Assembly: GCF_963921235.1 (NCBI RefSeq)
Contig: NC_086106.1
Coordinates: forward strand, 22,692,001-22,756,000
Length of the DNA: 64,000 nt
Direction of reading: 5' to 3'
Origin: Mobula hypostoma
Taxonomy: Eukaryota
In this document: one piece after another, positions 28,654 to 40,263 of the stretch
Position numbering within the stretch: position 1 is the stretch's first letter
Layout of the letters: every line of letters begins with the position of its first letter
Notes under the pieces: generated by a model
Database searches by the model: none
Seen by the model: only the letters and a program-made list of their open reading frames with translations
Told to the model about the DNA's origin: nothing
Program-made: the position numbers and the translations under genes

Positions 28654-29105
28654 TGCCTTAGGGCACAGTAATAAACTGCAGAGTCGCTCATTTGCAGCTT
28701 TGAGATGGTGACACTGCATAATTTTCTTTCCTTGTCCAGAGAGATTGTGAAGCGGCTTTTGGCAAATTCGGCTTTTTCTTCATATCCCGCAGAATCTTTG
28801 TACAGTATGTACTCGAGACTTTGTTCTGGCCCTTGTCGGTACCAATATAAATGATAGCTGCCCAACCCAGTCTGATAGTTGCAGTGGAAAGTGAAAGCCT
28901 CTTCTTCAGTCTTCACTTTTGCTGGCATTTTCTGAGTGACAGAGTTTGCATGACTTGTATCTGACAAATAGTATAAAAACAAGATATGTTACATTAACAT
29001 GTTTTTTTTTTTCAGAATTCAGTTTCGAGAAGACCTTTAAATTTTTGCTGCGTACAAACCAGTTAACCAGGTTCCGCACATAATCCAGATGACGAATCTC
29101 CACAT
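28654..29105 (-). CDS. TRAV/TRDV: T-cell receptor V alpha/delta gene segment, apparently functional (leader exon 29105-29060, 99-nt intron, V exon 28960-28654)
   Basis: Spliced product MWRFVIWIMCGTWLT-DTSHANSVTQKMPAKVKTEEEAFTFHCNYQTGLGSYHLYWYRQGPEQSLEYILYKDSAGYEEKAEFAKSRFTISLDKERKLCSVTISKLQMSDSAVYYCALR. Phase-1 GT/AG intron, canonical Cys, Trp and YYC, adjacent RSS. The alpha/delta call rests on motif resemblance to TRDV1-like V domains. Confidence 0.92.
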
Positions 29106-29202
29106 TATTTTTGTGAAAAATGGGCTGAATGTTTTTCACAGTAACTAATTCTCGCCAGGATTCAGGACTTTCGAATTGTACTGCTTAAGTGCTAGAATGG
29201 CA

Positions 29203-29222
29203 GGAAATGAAAAGCGACCAAT
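29203..29222 (-). promoter_or_regulatory. Proximal V promoter motifs: ETS-IRF composite-like GGAAatGAAA and CCAAT
   Basis: GGAAATGAAA at 29203-29212 and CCAAT at 29218-29222, about 100 nt upstream of the ATG. Both are retained in the paralog (TTTCATTTCC at 54688-54697, preceded by attgg). Confidence 0.5.
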
Positions 29223-29547
29223 GGGAACGCGGAGTCTTGATGCATGCTCCGCCTATTTGCCCAAATGCGACAGGTCTATGTATCTCAAGGAAAGGACGGA
29301 GACTGCCCTCTGACGATATAAGCCTACAATCGCGAAAATGTTTTTTTTTTTCCGTGGATCAGTCGATCGGCATGCCAAAGAGATACAGTATGCGTTGAAA
29401 ATACTAAAAGAGAGCTTCTTGCCGACTTTCGGCAAAGCACTGATAACTACAAGGGCAAATCTCAGACGGAGGCCGGCTCCTCAGACATATGTTATAGAGC
29501 ACACATCACGGGATTTTTCTTAGACACAAACAATTTGAAAGAAATTG

Positions 29548-29564
29548 ACCACGTCACTGAGGAA
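29548..29564 (-). promoter_or_regulatory. CRE/decamer-like element TTCCTCAGTGACGTGGT
   Basis: Identical over 17 of 17 nt with 54332-54348 in the paralog. Contains TGACG and resembles the AGTGAYRTCA decamer of TCR V promoters. Confidence 0.5.
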
Positions 29565-29718
29565 CTGCAGTTGGGTACGATGTAGATATTGTCCTTTTAA
29601 TAGTGTATAATTAGCTCTGCTTTTCGGTTTCTGTCCTTTTGTACCTGACATTGTTGCATCATTCTCTGCGCATCGGTGTCTGTATCTGTATGTCTGTCTC
29701 TATTAGAGTTCACGCTCA

Positions 29719-29792
29719 CGCGCGCGCGTGTGTGTGTGTGTGTGTGTGTGCGTGTGTGTGTGTGTGTCTTTGTGTGTCTTGGTGTGTGTGTG
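29719..29792 (+). repeat. (CG)n(TG)n microsatellite
   Basis: Directly visible. Its counterpart is the CA-rich run at about 54140-54195. Confidence 0.9.
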
Positions 29793-30339
29793 CTCACATT
29801 CTGTCATTCCTTCATTCACTATCTGTTGATGTTTTAGTGTTAGTTGAGCTGATCCACACCCAGGGTAGCGTTTTGTGTGCACCCGCCACGATAGGTTGCG
29901 GTCGATGGCGTGGAGATATACGGCACAATACGACATACGGTCCCCTAAAATATGTACATGCAATCCTTCAGTCTTTCTACAGCTCAGAGTAAAACCTGCC
30001 CAGACATTCTGGAGAACATTGGACGTGTTGCAGTCAATATGTCAGACATATCTCAGGATGCTGAAAGAAATGTACCATGCCCTTTCAAGTTTGTATATTA
30101 CAATGTTTTGTTTGTCAGTTCTCAACCATTAATTTAGCCGAAACTTGACTCACCCAACCTATTGATGCGGGTATGCTTCTCGCTCCTCCCTGATAAAAGA
30201 CACCAGGGTCTTCGCAACCCATGAAATTCACGGTACAAAGATCGCCTTTTTTAAAGAGTCTCAGTGGGGCACAGTGAAGTTAATCTGTAAGGAGCACAAA
30301 AATGAATGCCGTGCAGGATATCGGTCTTACTCCTTCACT

Positions 30340-30855
30340 TTCTCTCCATCTCACTCAAACTCTCTCGCCCCCTCACAATTTGTACCTGAGTCAATATTCC
30401 TGTATATCTTGCTGTTTATTTCTACTCCCTTTCTTTCTCTATCACTTTCGTTATTTTTCTAGCTGCAGGTCTCCGACTTCCTCTGGTCATCAATATCTCC
30501 CCATTTTCTATAGTCTCTCTCTGTTTCCTTGATATATGTGTTGTTTTTCGTCATTCTCTCTTTTTTTTTCTTCAATACAGGTCGTCTCTTTCTCCAAACC
30601 CCTTTCTCCCTCTCTCTTCCCCCTTACTCTCTGTTATTCTCTCAGTGCCTCTCTCTCCAGCCATTCTATCTACCTGTCGTTTTCTTCGTTTGTCTCGCTG
30701 CTTGACTGCTACGTATCACTCTGCAATTTCTCTTTTTCTATTATTTATCCTTATCTTCCTCCCTTGTCTTCTGTACTCACTGTGTCTGTACGTGTGCTTA
30801 TTGTAGTATCACCTCCCATCCTTACACTCATCTCTGTTGCGTCTGCTCAATAGAG
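30340..30855 (+). repeat. Low-complexity pyrimidine-rich tract (inverted counterpart 53055-53610)
   Basis: C/T-rich on plus here and A/G-rich on plus in the paralog. The two ORFs beginning MNAVQDIGLTPSLSL (30302 plus, 53626 minus) mark the correspondence. Confidence 0.8.
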
Positions 30856-31410
30856 CAATTAACTGCGTAAATTGTCCCTAGATTGAATACCGACTGCAGT
30901 TTCCCGATCACTTGAGGGAGTTCCGCGCCCACCCATGAGATACTGAGTTTACACATGAGAATATTCCGATTATGCAACCAGTTTAATGACGAAGAGCTCT
31001 CAATGGCACATCACAACTTCATCAGCTCCCTTTGCTGATAAATGTTGTGACGACACGTTGTTACGTAATATTCCGGCAGGTTTGTAGTTCATGCTTCAGC
31101 ATTGTTCGGAGAAGTGCTTTATACAAGCGATAATCTATTCATTCAGATTTACTTTGCTTTTCCAGATGATATCCATGGGGATTGTATCATATAATATACC
31201 ATTCGGGTCAGGAGTCGTTCTACTTTCCCTTATCCCTCAACCACGCATACCAAACCTCCCGGTAAGCTTTGAATGACCGTCTTTCACTAGCTTGATCTCC
31301 CCCCCCCCCCCCGATCTTCTTCTTTCTAGACCCCACATGGTATTAAACGATGTCAGCATTTATACCTCGACAAAGCGTTTGAATGTGGTTAGAATTAAGA
31401 AAACATAATA

Positions 31411-33090
31411 ATGCCTCCAGAACTGCGATGTTCCCGACCTCCTCATTTTACTGACTGTAAAAGCTTTTATAGATATGTAAAAAGGAAAAGACTGGTAAAG
31501 ACAAATGGAGGTCCCCTACAGACAGAGACAGGTGAATTGATTATGGGGAGCAAGGACATGACAGACCAATTGAATAATTACTTTGGTTCTGTCTTCACTA
31601 AGGAGGACATAAATAATCTTTCAGAAATAGTAGGGGACAGAGGGTCCAGTGAGATGGAGGAACTGAGCGAAATACATGTTAGTAGGGAAGTGGTGTTAGG
31701 TAAATTGAAGGGATTAAAGGCAGATAAATCCCGAGGGCCAGAAGGTCTGCATCCCAGAGTGCTTAAGGAAGTAGCCCAAGAAATAGTGGATGCATTAGTG
31801 ATAATTTTACAAAACTCGTTAGATTCTGGACTAGTTCCTGAGGATTGGAGAGTGGCTAATGTAACCCCTCTTTTTAAAAAAGGAGGGAGAGCGAAACCGG
31901 GGAATTATAGACCGGTTAGCCTAACGTCGGTAGTGGGGAAACTGCTGGAGTCAGTTATCAAAGATGTGATAACAGCACATTTGGAAAGCGGTGAAATCAT
32001 CGGACAAAGTCAGCATGGATTTGTGAAAGGAAAATCATGTCTGACGAATCCCATAGAATTTATTGAGGATGTAACTGGTAGAGTGGATAGGGGAGAACCA
32101 GTGGATGTGGTATATTTGGATTTTCAAAAGGCTTTTGACAAGGTCCCACACAGGAGATTAGTGTGCAAACTTAAAGCACACGGTATTGGGGGTAAGGTAT
32201 TGATGTGGATAGAGAATTGGTTAGCAGACAGGAAGCAAAGAGTGGGAATAAATGGGACCTTTTCAGAATGGCAGGCAGTGACTAGTGGGGTACCGCAAGG
32301 CTCAGTGCCGGGACCCCAGTTGTTAAAAATAAATGTTAATGACTTGGATGAGGGAATTAAATGCAGCATCTCCAAGTTTGCGGATGACACGAAGTTGGGC
32401 GGCAGTGTTAGCTGTGAGGAGGATGCTAAGAGGATGAAGGGTGAATTGGATAGGTTGGGTGAGTGGGCAAATTCATGGCGGATGCAAGTTAATGTGGATA
32501 AATGTGAAGTTATCCACTTTGTTGGCAAAAATAGGAAAACAGATTTTTATCTGAATGGTGGCCGATTAGGAAAAGGGGAGGTGCAACGAGACCTGGGTGT
32601 CATTATACACCAGTCATTGAAAGTGGGCATGCAGGTAGAGCAGGAGGTGAAAAAGGCGAATGGTATGCTGGCATTTATAGCGAGAGGATTCGAGTACAGG
32701 AGCAGGGAGGTACTACTGCAGTTGTACAAGGCCTTGGTGAGACCACACCTGGAGTATTGTGTGCAGTTTTGGTCCCCTAATCTGAGGAAAGACATCTTTG
32801 CCATAGAGGGAGTACAAAGAAGGTTCACCAGATTGATTCCTGGGATGGCAGGACTTTCATATGAAGAGAGACTGGATGAACTAGGCTGGTTCTCGTTGGA
32901 ATTTAGAAGATTGAGGGGGGATCTGATTGGAACGTATAAAATCCTAAAGGGATTGGACAGGCTAGATGCAGGAAGATTGCTCCCGATGTTGGGGAAGTCC
33001 AGAACGAGGGGTCACAGTTTGAGGATAAGGGGGAAGTCTTTTAGGACTGAGATTAGGAAAAAAAAAACTTCTTCACACAGAGAGTGGTGA
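31411..33090 (+). CDS. CR1 LINE ORF2 reverse transcriptase, 559-aa open frame of a 5'-truncated element (about 31452-33318)
   Basis: Contains NYRPVSLTSVVGKLLE, SQHGFVKGKSCLTN, VDVVYLDFQKAFDKVPH, SGVPQGSV and ISKFADDTKLGG. The 3' tail is (TATGTTTC)n at about 33297-33318. Confidence 0.92.
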   Translation: MPPELRCSRPPHFTDCKSFYRYVKRKRLVKTNGGPLQTETGELIMGSKDMTDQLNNYFGSVFTKEDINNLSEIVGDRGSSEMEELSEIHVSREVVLGKLKGLKADKSRGPEGLHPRVLKEVAQEIVDALVIILQNSLDSGLVPEDWRVANVTPLFKKGGRAKPGNYRPVSLTSVVGKLLESVIKDVITAHLESGEIIGQSQHGFVKGKSCLTNPIEFIEDVTGRVDRGEPVDVVYLDFQKAFDKVPHRRLVCKLKAHGIGGKVLMWIENWLADRKQRVGINGTFSEWQAVTSGVPQGSVPGPQLLKINVNDLDEGIKCSISKFADDTKLGGSVSCEEDAKRMKGELDRLGEWANSWRMQVNVDKCEVIHFVGKNRKTDFYLNGGRLGKGEVQRDLGVIIHQSLKVGMQVEQEVKKANGMLAFIARGFEYRSREVLLQLYKALVRPHLEYCVQFWSPNLRKDIFAIEGVQRRFTRLIPGMAGLSYEERLDELGWFSLEFRRLRGDLIGTYKILKGLDRLDAGRLLPMLGKSRTRGHSLRIRGKSFRTEIRKKKTSSHREW

Positions 33091-35193
33091 ATCTGTGGAA
33101 TTCTCTTCCACAGGAAACAGTTGAGGCCAGTTCATTGGCTGTATTTAAGATGGAGGTAGATATGGCCCTTGTGGCTACGGGGATCAGGGGGTATGGAGGG
33201 AAATCTGGTTCAGGGTTCTGAGTTGGATGATCAGCCATGATCATAATAAATGGCGGAGCAGGCTCGAAGGGCCGAATGGCCTACTCCTGCACCTATTTTC
33301 TATGTTTCTATGTTTCTATATTATACCACTTCTCAGTAAACCTACGCATTTGAAACCGTGTTTGATGAATAAACGTTCCTTAAATGTATGAAGTTTGATT
33401 ACTATAATATCTAGTATGTTGTTTGTTAGAATGCTGTAGCGAGGACTCAATCGAAAGCTCAGACATCGAATCTACGACAACACAATGACAAACGCACATT
33501 GACACTAGTCAAACTCAGATAACAAAACACGTATGCCATATATACAAGGTTGGAGTACAAAGAACGTAAATGAAGATTTCATGAGGCAATCGTATGCAAC
33601 ATTACAGCCACACTGAATTTAAGAGTTACCTATACATTATAATTTCGAAAATCTGCGGACACTTGTGATCAAATTGTGGCAGGAAAAATAGGCACCGTTG
33701 CCAGGAACTGGATTGTGCCTGAACACATTGATTCACAGTGCTGTTGTCTCGTTTAGAAAATTTCGATGATATATGACAATTGGGTCTACTTGTGTGCAAC
33801 GACCAGAAGTGTAGAGTAAACAGACGGAAGTATACCAGATAAGGGCGAACACAACGAAATGTCGCATAAAATGCATTTGCAATACTTGCACATCTTTGAT
33901 GAAAACCGAAGAGGGTGTAGTGTTAATTTGCGAGAAGCAAATTTAAAGGGATCAGCAACATAAATGTTTTCTTTTGAAAGCTAAAAAACAACGTGGTTGA
34001 TATCTCTAACTCACAGTCAGGGAGGATGATATAAAGAGGTGCAATTACTGTAGTTTTGGTGGTTAATTTGACAAAGGACAGAAGATGTATACAGAACGTA
34101 GGAAGATGGAATTGAGATAGAATGACATAGACAGGTTTATCTGTTCATGGTAGGCTGAAGTTGCCCATTTAGTTGAGGTAGTTTGTTTTCACTCTAAGAA
34201 TCATGACATTTGCTAAGTTCGTTTTTGTACAATGAAATATTGAAACAATCTGAAGCCGACATAGACTAAAGTAAAAGTTTAGAAATTTATATGTGCAAAT
34301 TATCTCTTCAGCATACTCTGCAGTGGCTGGCTTTCCTCCTAAAGACAGCACGAACCTCCTAGCTCTGGACTTCGTAATAAAAAAAGAAACAATGAACTCT
34401 TTTTTTTCTACAAGATCATATGAAGTAATTTATGATCCTCCCATCTCTGCCTTTAAGTCTTACATGCAGCTGCTTATTTTGATCTGAGGAAGTAACATGT
34501 CCGGTCTTGCCCTATCTGTCAGCTTGCAGATGGTTGGCTGTGTTGAGGAACAAAGAAATAGTACAGGATTGCAAAGATCAAGAAACGGATTTGATGGGGA
34601 CTTGGAGAAACAAAAAAAGTTTCGTTACTAATCCACATTGAACAGACGACAGACATGCAGGTCCTATATATATATTTTTTTTTCTTTTTGCTGCAGCGCT
34701 TCTGATCGGTAATTGTTTAAACATTTTGCCAATCGTCTTCCTCACCAAGCAGTACAGGGTAATGTATCCAGGAAAACTAATAATGAGAATATTATCCCTT
34801 TCGCAGAACAGGATTTGGGATTATGAAGGTAATATGTATCCAAATCTCCTGCCAGTGGTAATAGAATGTTTAATGTGTATTGAGAAGACAACAACATTCG
34901 AATCCGCCTCACTCCTTGGCGCGGAAGCGATATCTTTGTTGTCCTCCTGAGATGGTATAGGGACAAGAACTCGCTAATAGAGGCTATCGGAAGTTCTTAC
35001 AAAAAAGATAATTCTATTCCGCCTTTTCTGCCATCTTTGCTAATTTATGCGGCAGTAATACATGGATGTCACATTTTCATCCCCGCCAGTTGCCCCCCAA
35101 CAGTACTAAGCACCACGGTGTAATTTGGATGAATAGAGCAGAATATTGACATTTGTTTGATGAAATTTTTGAAATTATCTTTGACCATAACAG

Positions 35194-35499
35194 GACAATC
35201 TCAAAGCGATGCCGTTTATCCGTCACCTGCTGTCACCACAGTCGCGGAAGCGGAAGTTGCAGTGCTAAATACAACTATAAAACTACAAGCACGGACAACC
35301 CTGCATTAATCTGGTACCGTCAGTATCCCGGAGGTTATCTGGAGTTTCTGTTGCTCCGTACGAAATTCGGCGACCACCGAGAGTATATTCTCCGACACCG
35401 GTTCACGGCGCAGCTGAATGATTCGAGCAGAGTGGTACCACTGACAGTATCCGAAATTATTCTCAGAGACACTGCCATGTTTTACTGTGTTCTGGGGCT
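35194..35499 (+). pseudogene. TRAV: TCR V alpha-type pseudogene (V exon)
   Basis: Acceptor ataacag|GA CAA. Reads GQSQSDAVYPSPAVTTVAEAEVAVL, then after a 1-nt deletion YNYKTTSTDNPALIWYRQYPGGYLEFLLLRTKFGDHREYILRHRFTAQLNDSSRVVPLTVSEIILRDTAMFYCVLG. The first Cys reads TAC (Tyr). No intact leader exon was recognised. Confidence 0.88.
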
Positions 35500-35538
35500 C
35501 AGACGGGTATAGAAATAGTCTGAACCTGTACAATCACT
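35500..35538 (+). other. Degenerate 23-spacer RSS
   Basis: CAGACGG (35500-35506), exactly 23 nt, then ACAATCACT (35530-35538). The essential CAC is lost. Confidence 0.7.
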
Positions 35539-35933
35539 ACTTTAGTTCTCTAGAGGCAGCTGAGTGTAACTGCCGTTTTCTGAGCGTCCTTAGATCCTTG
35601 GACGTCCCGACATTCACCCAAACAACAATATATTTCCTGAGATTATGATCCAACAGATTGTGTCACCTTAATCATGTTACTTCTCGATCTGTTCCAGTGC
35701 GCATCCGGCTTCTAAAATCATTCATACGACAAAAGAAACAACAACCTCCCATTGTCTTTTTTTTTCTCACTATTTCGAAGAAGATCCTGTTTCCCTTGTA
35801 TCGGGGCGGATGCCCACTATGGAATGAAATGTTGCTTATTTTCCAGTAACAGTACTGCGGTGAAATCTTACTGTTTACGTAGAATATTATTGGTTGCAGT
35901 TTTTAATATGTCAATTTATTATTATATTTGTTT

Positions 35934-36772
35934 TGTGACGAAAAAACAAGTTATCAGTAGATTGATGCTGATGAGTGAGATAAGAGAGACAAAGGGAGAA
36001 GCGCTCAAAATGTTAATGAGAGAAGTGAGAGATTAATGAAAAGAGACACAGCTCCCAGTATTGAAAGACCGGTTGCTTTGAACTTGAATTGTTTGAAGTT
36101 TGATGAACAGACGATACACCAGCAGGGTGATAAAAGGAACATGTTCGCTAAGGCAAGACAGACACCACGGTATCACGAGATAACGAAACCCTGGCAAAGC
36201 GGTGTGCCCCCACAAGTTGGTGTGGTTTGGAGGTCTGGTCACGGGACCGACCATAGACGCACAGGGTGAGAAGGTACGATCGGCGGAAGCTGGTGTGCGT
36301 GTCCGCCCTTGCCTGATGCCGGGTTCGCCGCTGAAGAACGATCGTATCCGGAACGGAAGGGTCACAGTCGGTGACCTCCGAAGACATTAAAAGGACTCAC
36401 CCGAAAGCTAACTACGGGGAACTTCAAAGATCTGTCGAATCGAAATTTGAATTATCTCGCTCTCTCTCTCTCTCTCTCTCTCCAACGCACAACAACGATT
36501 ACTGCGAACTGTACTCAGCTGAACTGAACTCTGCGTCACTTGAAACTGATCATTTTACCCCTAGACTGCGATAGAATTTGATTGATTCCTATTATCCTAG
36601 TTCTGTGTACATGTGTGTTTTATCATTGCGAACCTGTTGCATTTATATCCTTACGATCAGAGTAATGTGTTACCTATTTCTTTAGTAAAACTTTCTTAGT
36701 TCCAGTATTCCAGAGTCCAACTAAATGGTCTATTTCTGTTGGTTTGGCAACCCAGTTCCGGGGTACGTAACA
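35934..36772. mobile_element. Probable solo LTR (839 bp)
   Basis: Starts TGTGACG and ends GTACGTAACA, flanked by GTTT and TTTT (possible 4-bp TSD with one mismatch). No coding motifs inside. Confidence 0.6.
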
Positions 36773-37329
36773 TTTTAACTTCCTAACATTTTATTTTTCA
36801 GGGCGATACTGTGGCGCCCTCCCGTGGCTTACTAGATAACATCAACCTGACATTGACGGATTCCGACACCACAATCACAAATAAGTAATAGATGGGTGCA
36901 CTGGTACGGGGCGGATTTGCATTTTAATTGGCAGCTCACCCTTGATAGGACTAGAGAGACAATCTAGGAAGATGCAGTTTAATGACTATGAAGACGCGTA
37001 TTCCTCTTTTATTTTCATTTAGTAATGCATGCTTAAGAAATGATACATTATTTCCTCCGGTGTGATATCACAAAAACAGAACAAACCAAGGCTGAAAAAA
37101 ACTGACAAAACCACATACCAAAGGTTGGTATGTATGATGTTGTAGGCTTAATTTCCAAGAATATATATTTATCCGAAAAGTCAGGCAGAAATGGAGAGGG
37201 GTTGGTTTTGTTCTGTCAGAGTGTGCCCACCAGTCTCCAGTTAGAGTACATTATGTTTAGCCTATTAGGGGAACATCCTTTCTGGCTTTAATGTTGTGGT
37301 ATGATCCGGATTTGATTAGAGTGTGTTTG

Positions 37330-39142
37330 GTGAAATAAACATTTGGGCGAATGATCGGATTGACCTTGAATGTTGAAAAGAAGAAACTAAAGACAGATGA
37401 ATCATTATTTCAATTGATTAAGGGGGATCAGGGAGACAGGAGAGAAGTGAGGGAGGAGTTGGACAGAATTGACTGGAAAATATCATTAGCAGGGATTACA
37501 GAGGCGAGAGTGAATGCCGCTCCACTTGAGAAGTTGCTGCAGAGAAATAACACGGTACAAGGAAATGCCGGGCGTACTGAAAAAATATATATATATATCT
37601 TGCCTCAGTTTTCACTGTTGAGGGCACTAGCAGTATAGCACAATTTCTCTTTTACTTTAATGAAGTGCATGAAGTTACCATTACGCGGGACATTGGTTTT
37701 AGGAAACTGGAAGTTCTGAAGGGAGCTAAGTTATCTGTGCCAAATAGTGTACGCCCAGGGGTCCTGGAATTGGTGGTTGAAGGGATTGTGGGGTTATTAT
37801 TAATCACCTTTCAAGTATTAATACATTCTGTAATGTTTCCGGAAGAGATCAACATTGAATATGCCACTGCGCTTTTCAACAGGGGACAGGGAAAGTAATG
37901 GACATTTTACGCCTGTTTGTGTGACTTCAATGGTTAGGAAGATGTGGGATTTGATTCATGAGTATGCCCTATCGGTGTACTTGGAGGCAAAATGAGTAAA
38001 CAAAAAGGCAGTGATAGGCGTGGATTCGTCATGGGGAAATGTTGTTCAACACATCTATTGGAATCCCTCATAATTCTCATAATCTAATTCTTTGAAGATG
38101 TAGCAAGCAGATTGCTTTGGTATATTTTGCCCGTGAGAAGGCGTCACACCGGATGCGGCTGAATCGCTACGAGTCCATGGTATTACACGCAGATTCTGAC
38201 TTAGATGAAGCAGCAGCTGACTGCCAGGACGCAGAGAGTGAAAGTAACGGGAGTCTTGTCTCGATGACTGCTGCTGTCGGGTGGTACTACACAGGGGACT
38301 TTGTTGGGACCGATTATTTTTACGCTAATTGTTAATGACTGGTATACTGGAGTTATTGTCTTTGTTAGAAGGTTTGCAGACGATACAAAGATAGGTAGAG
38401 GGACAAGAAATATTCAGAAGGTAGGGAGGCTACAAATGGACTTAGTCCGGTTAGTACAAAAGCCACAGAAGGGCAGATGGAATACAATGTTAGTATCGTA
38501 AGGGAAATGAAAGTTTTGACAATTTACTAAATGCATAGAATACAGAAGTCAAAGAGTCTGACAAGTAAATTGGGAATGCTTGTGCTCGGTTCCCGAAAGG
38601 TTAATATGCAGGTTAGTTTGCGATGAGGAAAGCCAATGCGATGTTAACATTCGTTTCAATTGGTCTAGAATATATAAATAAAAAAAAACAAGGGATGCAA
38701 TGTCGGGACCTTACAAAGCACTGCTGAAGCCTCAATTGCAGTATTATGAGTAGCTTTCAGAACCTCTATCTTATAAAGAAAAGTACAGGCTGAAACTGGA
38801 AAGGGATCAGACGACGTTCACAAAAATCATTCCAGGTTTGAAAGGCTTGACATATGAAGAACGTTTAATGATTCTGTGTGCATAATCACAGGAAGTCGGA
38901 AGGACGAGGGGTGATCACCTTGAAATATGTCCAATAGTGAAATCCATAATAAAGCAGGTATAGAGAAGATAATTCCCTTGATGGAAGAGTCTGAAACCAG
39001 AAGACACCACCTCAGAATAGATGGTGTCATTTTACAAAAAAAGGATGAGGAGGAATTTCTTTCAGAAGAGAGCGATGACTCTCTGTAAAGCTTACCTATA
39101 CCCAGGTGTGGAGGGCACAACATTATCCATATGTTTAAGGCA

Positions 39143-39180
<38 letters not shown>

Positions 39181-39300
39181 ATTAGTCAGGATTTAGGGGA
39201 AAGTGGGCAGAAGGCAGGAGACTAGGGTTGAGAGGAAATTTAAATCTGCCATTATGAAATGGGGCAGCATACTCGACGGGTCAACTATACTAATTCTGCT
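37330..39300 (+). mobile_element. Old decayed CR1 ORF2; its 3' part overlaps duplicated segment A'
   Basis: Remnants include VREELDRIDWK, LGPIIFTLIVND, FVRRFADDTKIG and a CR1-like 3' UTR. Confidence 0.7.
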
Positions 39301-40263
39301 TCTAAAAATCAATAGCAGGACAGTGGAGACGATATAGCAGTGGGCGATATTCAACAAAAAAAGCGCACAATATCAACCCCAATGCACCTCCAGTAAAGAG
39401 AGATCTGGTACTTAATAGGGCAAGGCATCAAGGTAAGTGAGGACTTGGAGCAACTAGTTGAGTCTGGTTGTTTCTGCTTGAGCTATTGGCTGTGGTTAAG
39501 AGCTGGTTTTAAGTACGTAGTAGGTATTATGTTGAGAACTGTTGTCAGTTCACTCATCTTCGCTATTCCGAAATCGAAAGTTCCCTGCTTTTGATGGGCA
39601 GACAAGAAACACATTTCGATTTCAGTATAGGCAAGAGGAAGGTGATGAATTTCAATAAGATGTAACAGGGTAGGAATTGCCCAATACGTGGTAGGTTGAA
39701 CTCTCAGAGGAGAAATCTTTGGGGAAAAGAGCATGTTTTCCTGGATGTGGCGACAGATGTGAATGGCTGCCAAAAAAAGAGATATGCTTTGCTTGCCATT
39801 AGCAAATTCGATACTGGATCAGGATTTAGTGCCACTATTATAACAGCAGAACGCCACCAACAGTAATTACTGAAGTTACAGTCCCCATAGTTCTGATGGA
39901 GGCAATTGCGTGCAGAGGATGCAGGAGAGACTTACAAAGATGTTTAAAGTCTGCCTTCTCAGGAGAGACTGGATGGGTTTAGCTGAAAAATGTTGATGGG
40001 CGGACTTTCGTAAATTGAAACATACACAGTCGCAAACATTATTTCACTGTAAGCTGTAAGCTGTGCATGAGGAGTATGCGGTGTGCATATATTGTATTAA
40101 AAAGGTTTGGAGAACGTTCACAAATGTATCCTCATCCGTAAAGACACGAATCGAGTGAAACTTGGTTATATAGATTTATAATTTGCTTCCCTACAGGAGA
40201 CTGGGCCTGATAATCAAATTAGATTATTGGAAAAAAAATGTCGACATGAGAAAAAGACTCATA
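38800..40263 (+). repeat. Duplicated segment A' (direct paralog of 20260-21683)
   Basis: See segment A. Similarity stops abruptly after gagaaaaagactcata at 40263. Confidence 0.85.

Larger units (their letters stand above)
21682..30855 (+). repeat. Duplicated segment B (inverted paralog of 53055-60399)
   Basis: Reverse-complement matches along the whole length, covering the CR1 tail, unique sequence at 22.3-22.9 kb, the V gene, its promoter, the TG microsatellite and the pyrimidine tract. Interrupted by copy-specific insertions. Confidence 0.9.

Noticed and set aside
27700-30000. ORFs rich in YI, HT, ER or CV repeats (also near 16080 and 55470-55900)
   Set aside because: They are translations of microsatellites.
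33724-33765. CACATTG and CACAGTG heptamers after TGTGCC
   Set aside because: No good nonamer at 12 or 23 nt and no DxAxYYC or WY upstream.
36802-37078. Strong acceptor followed by GDTV, VHWY and an ACAAAAACA nonamer
   Set aside because: No Cys, YYC or heptamer at the expected positions, and the span is too short. At most an unprovable relic.
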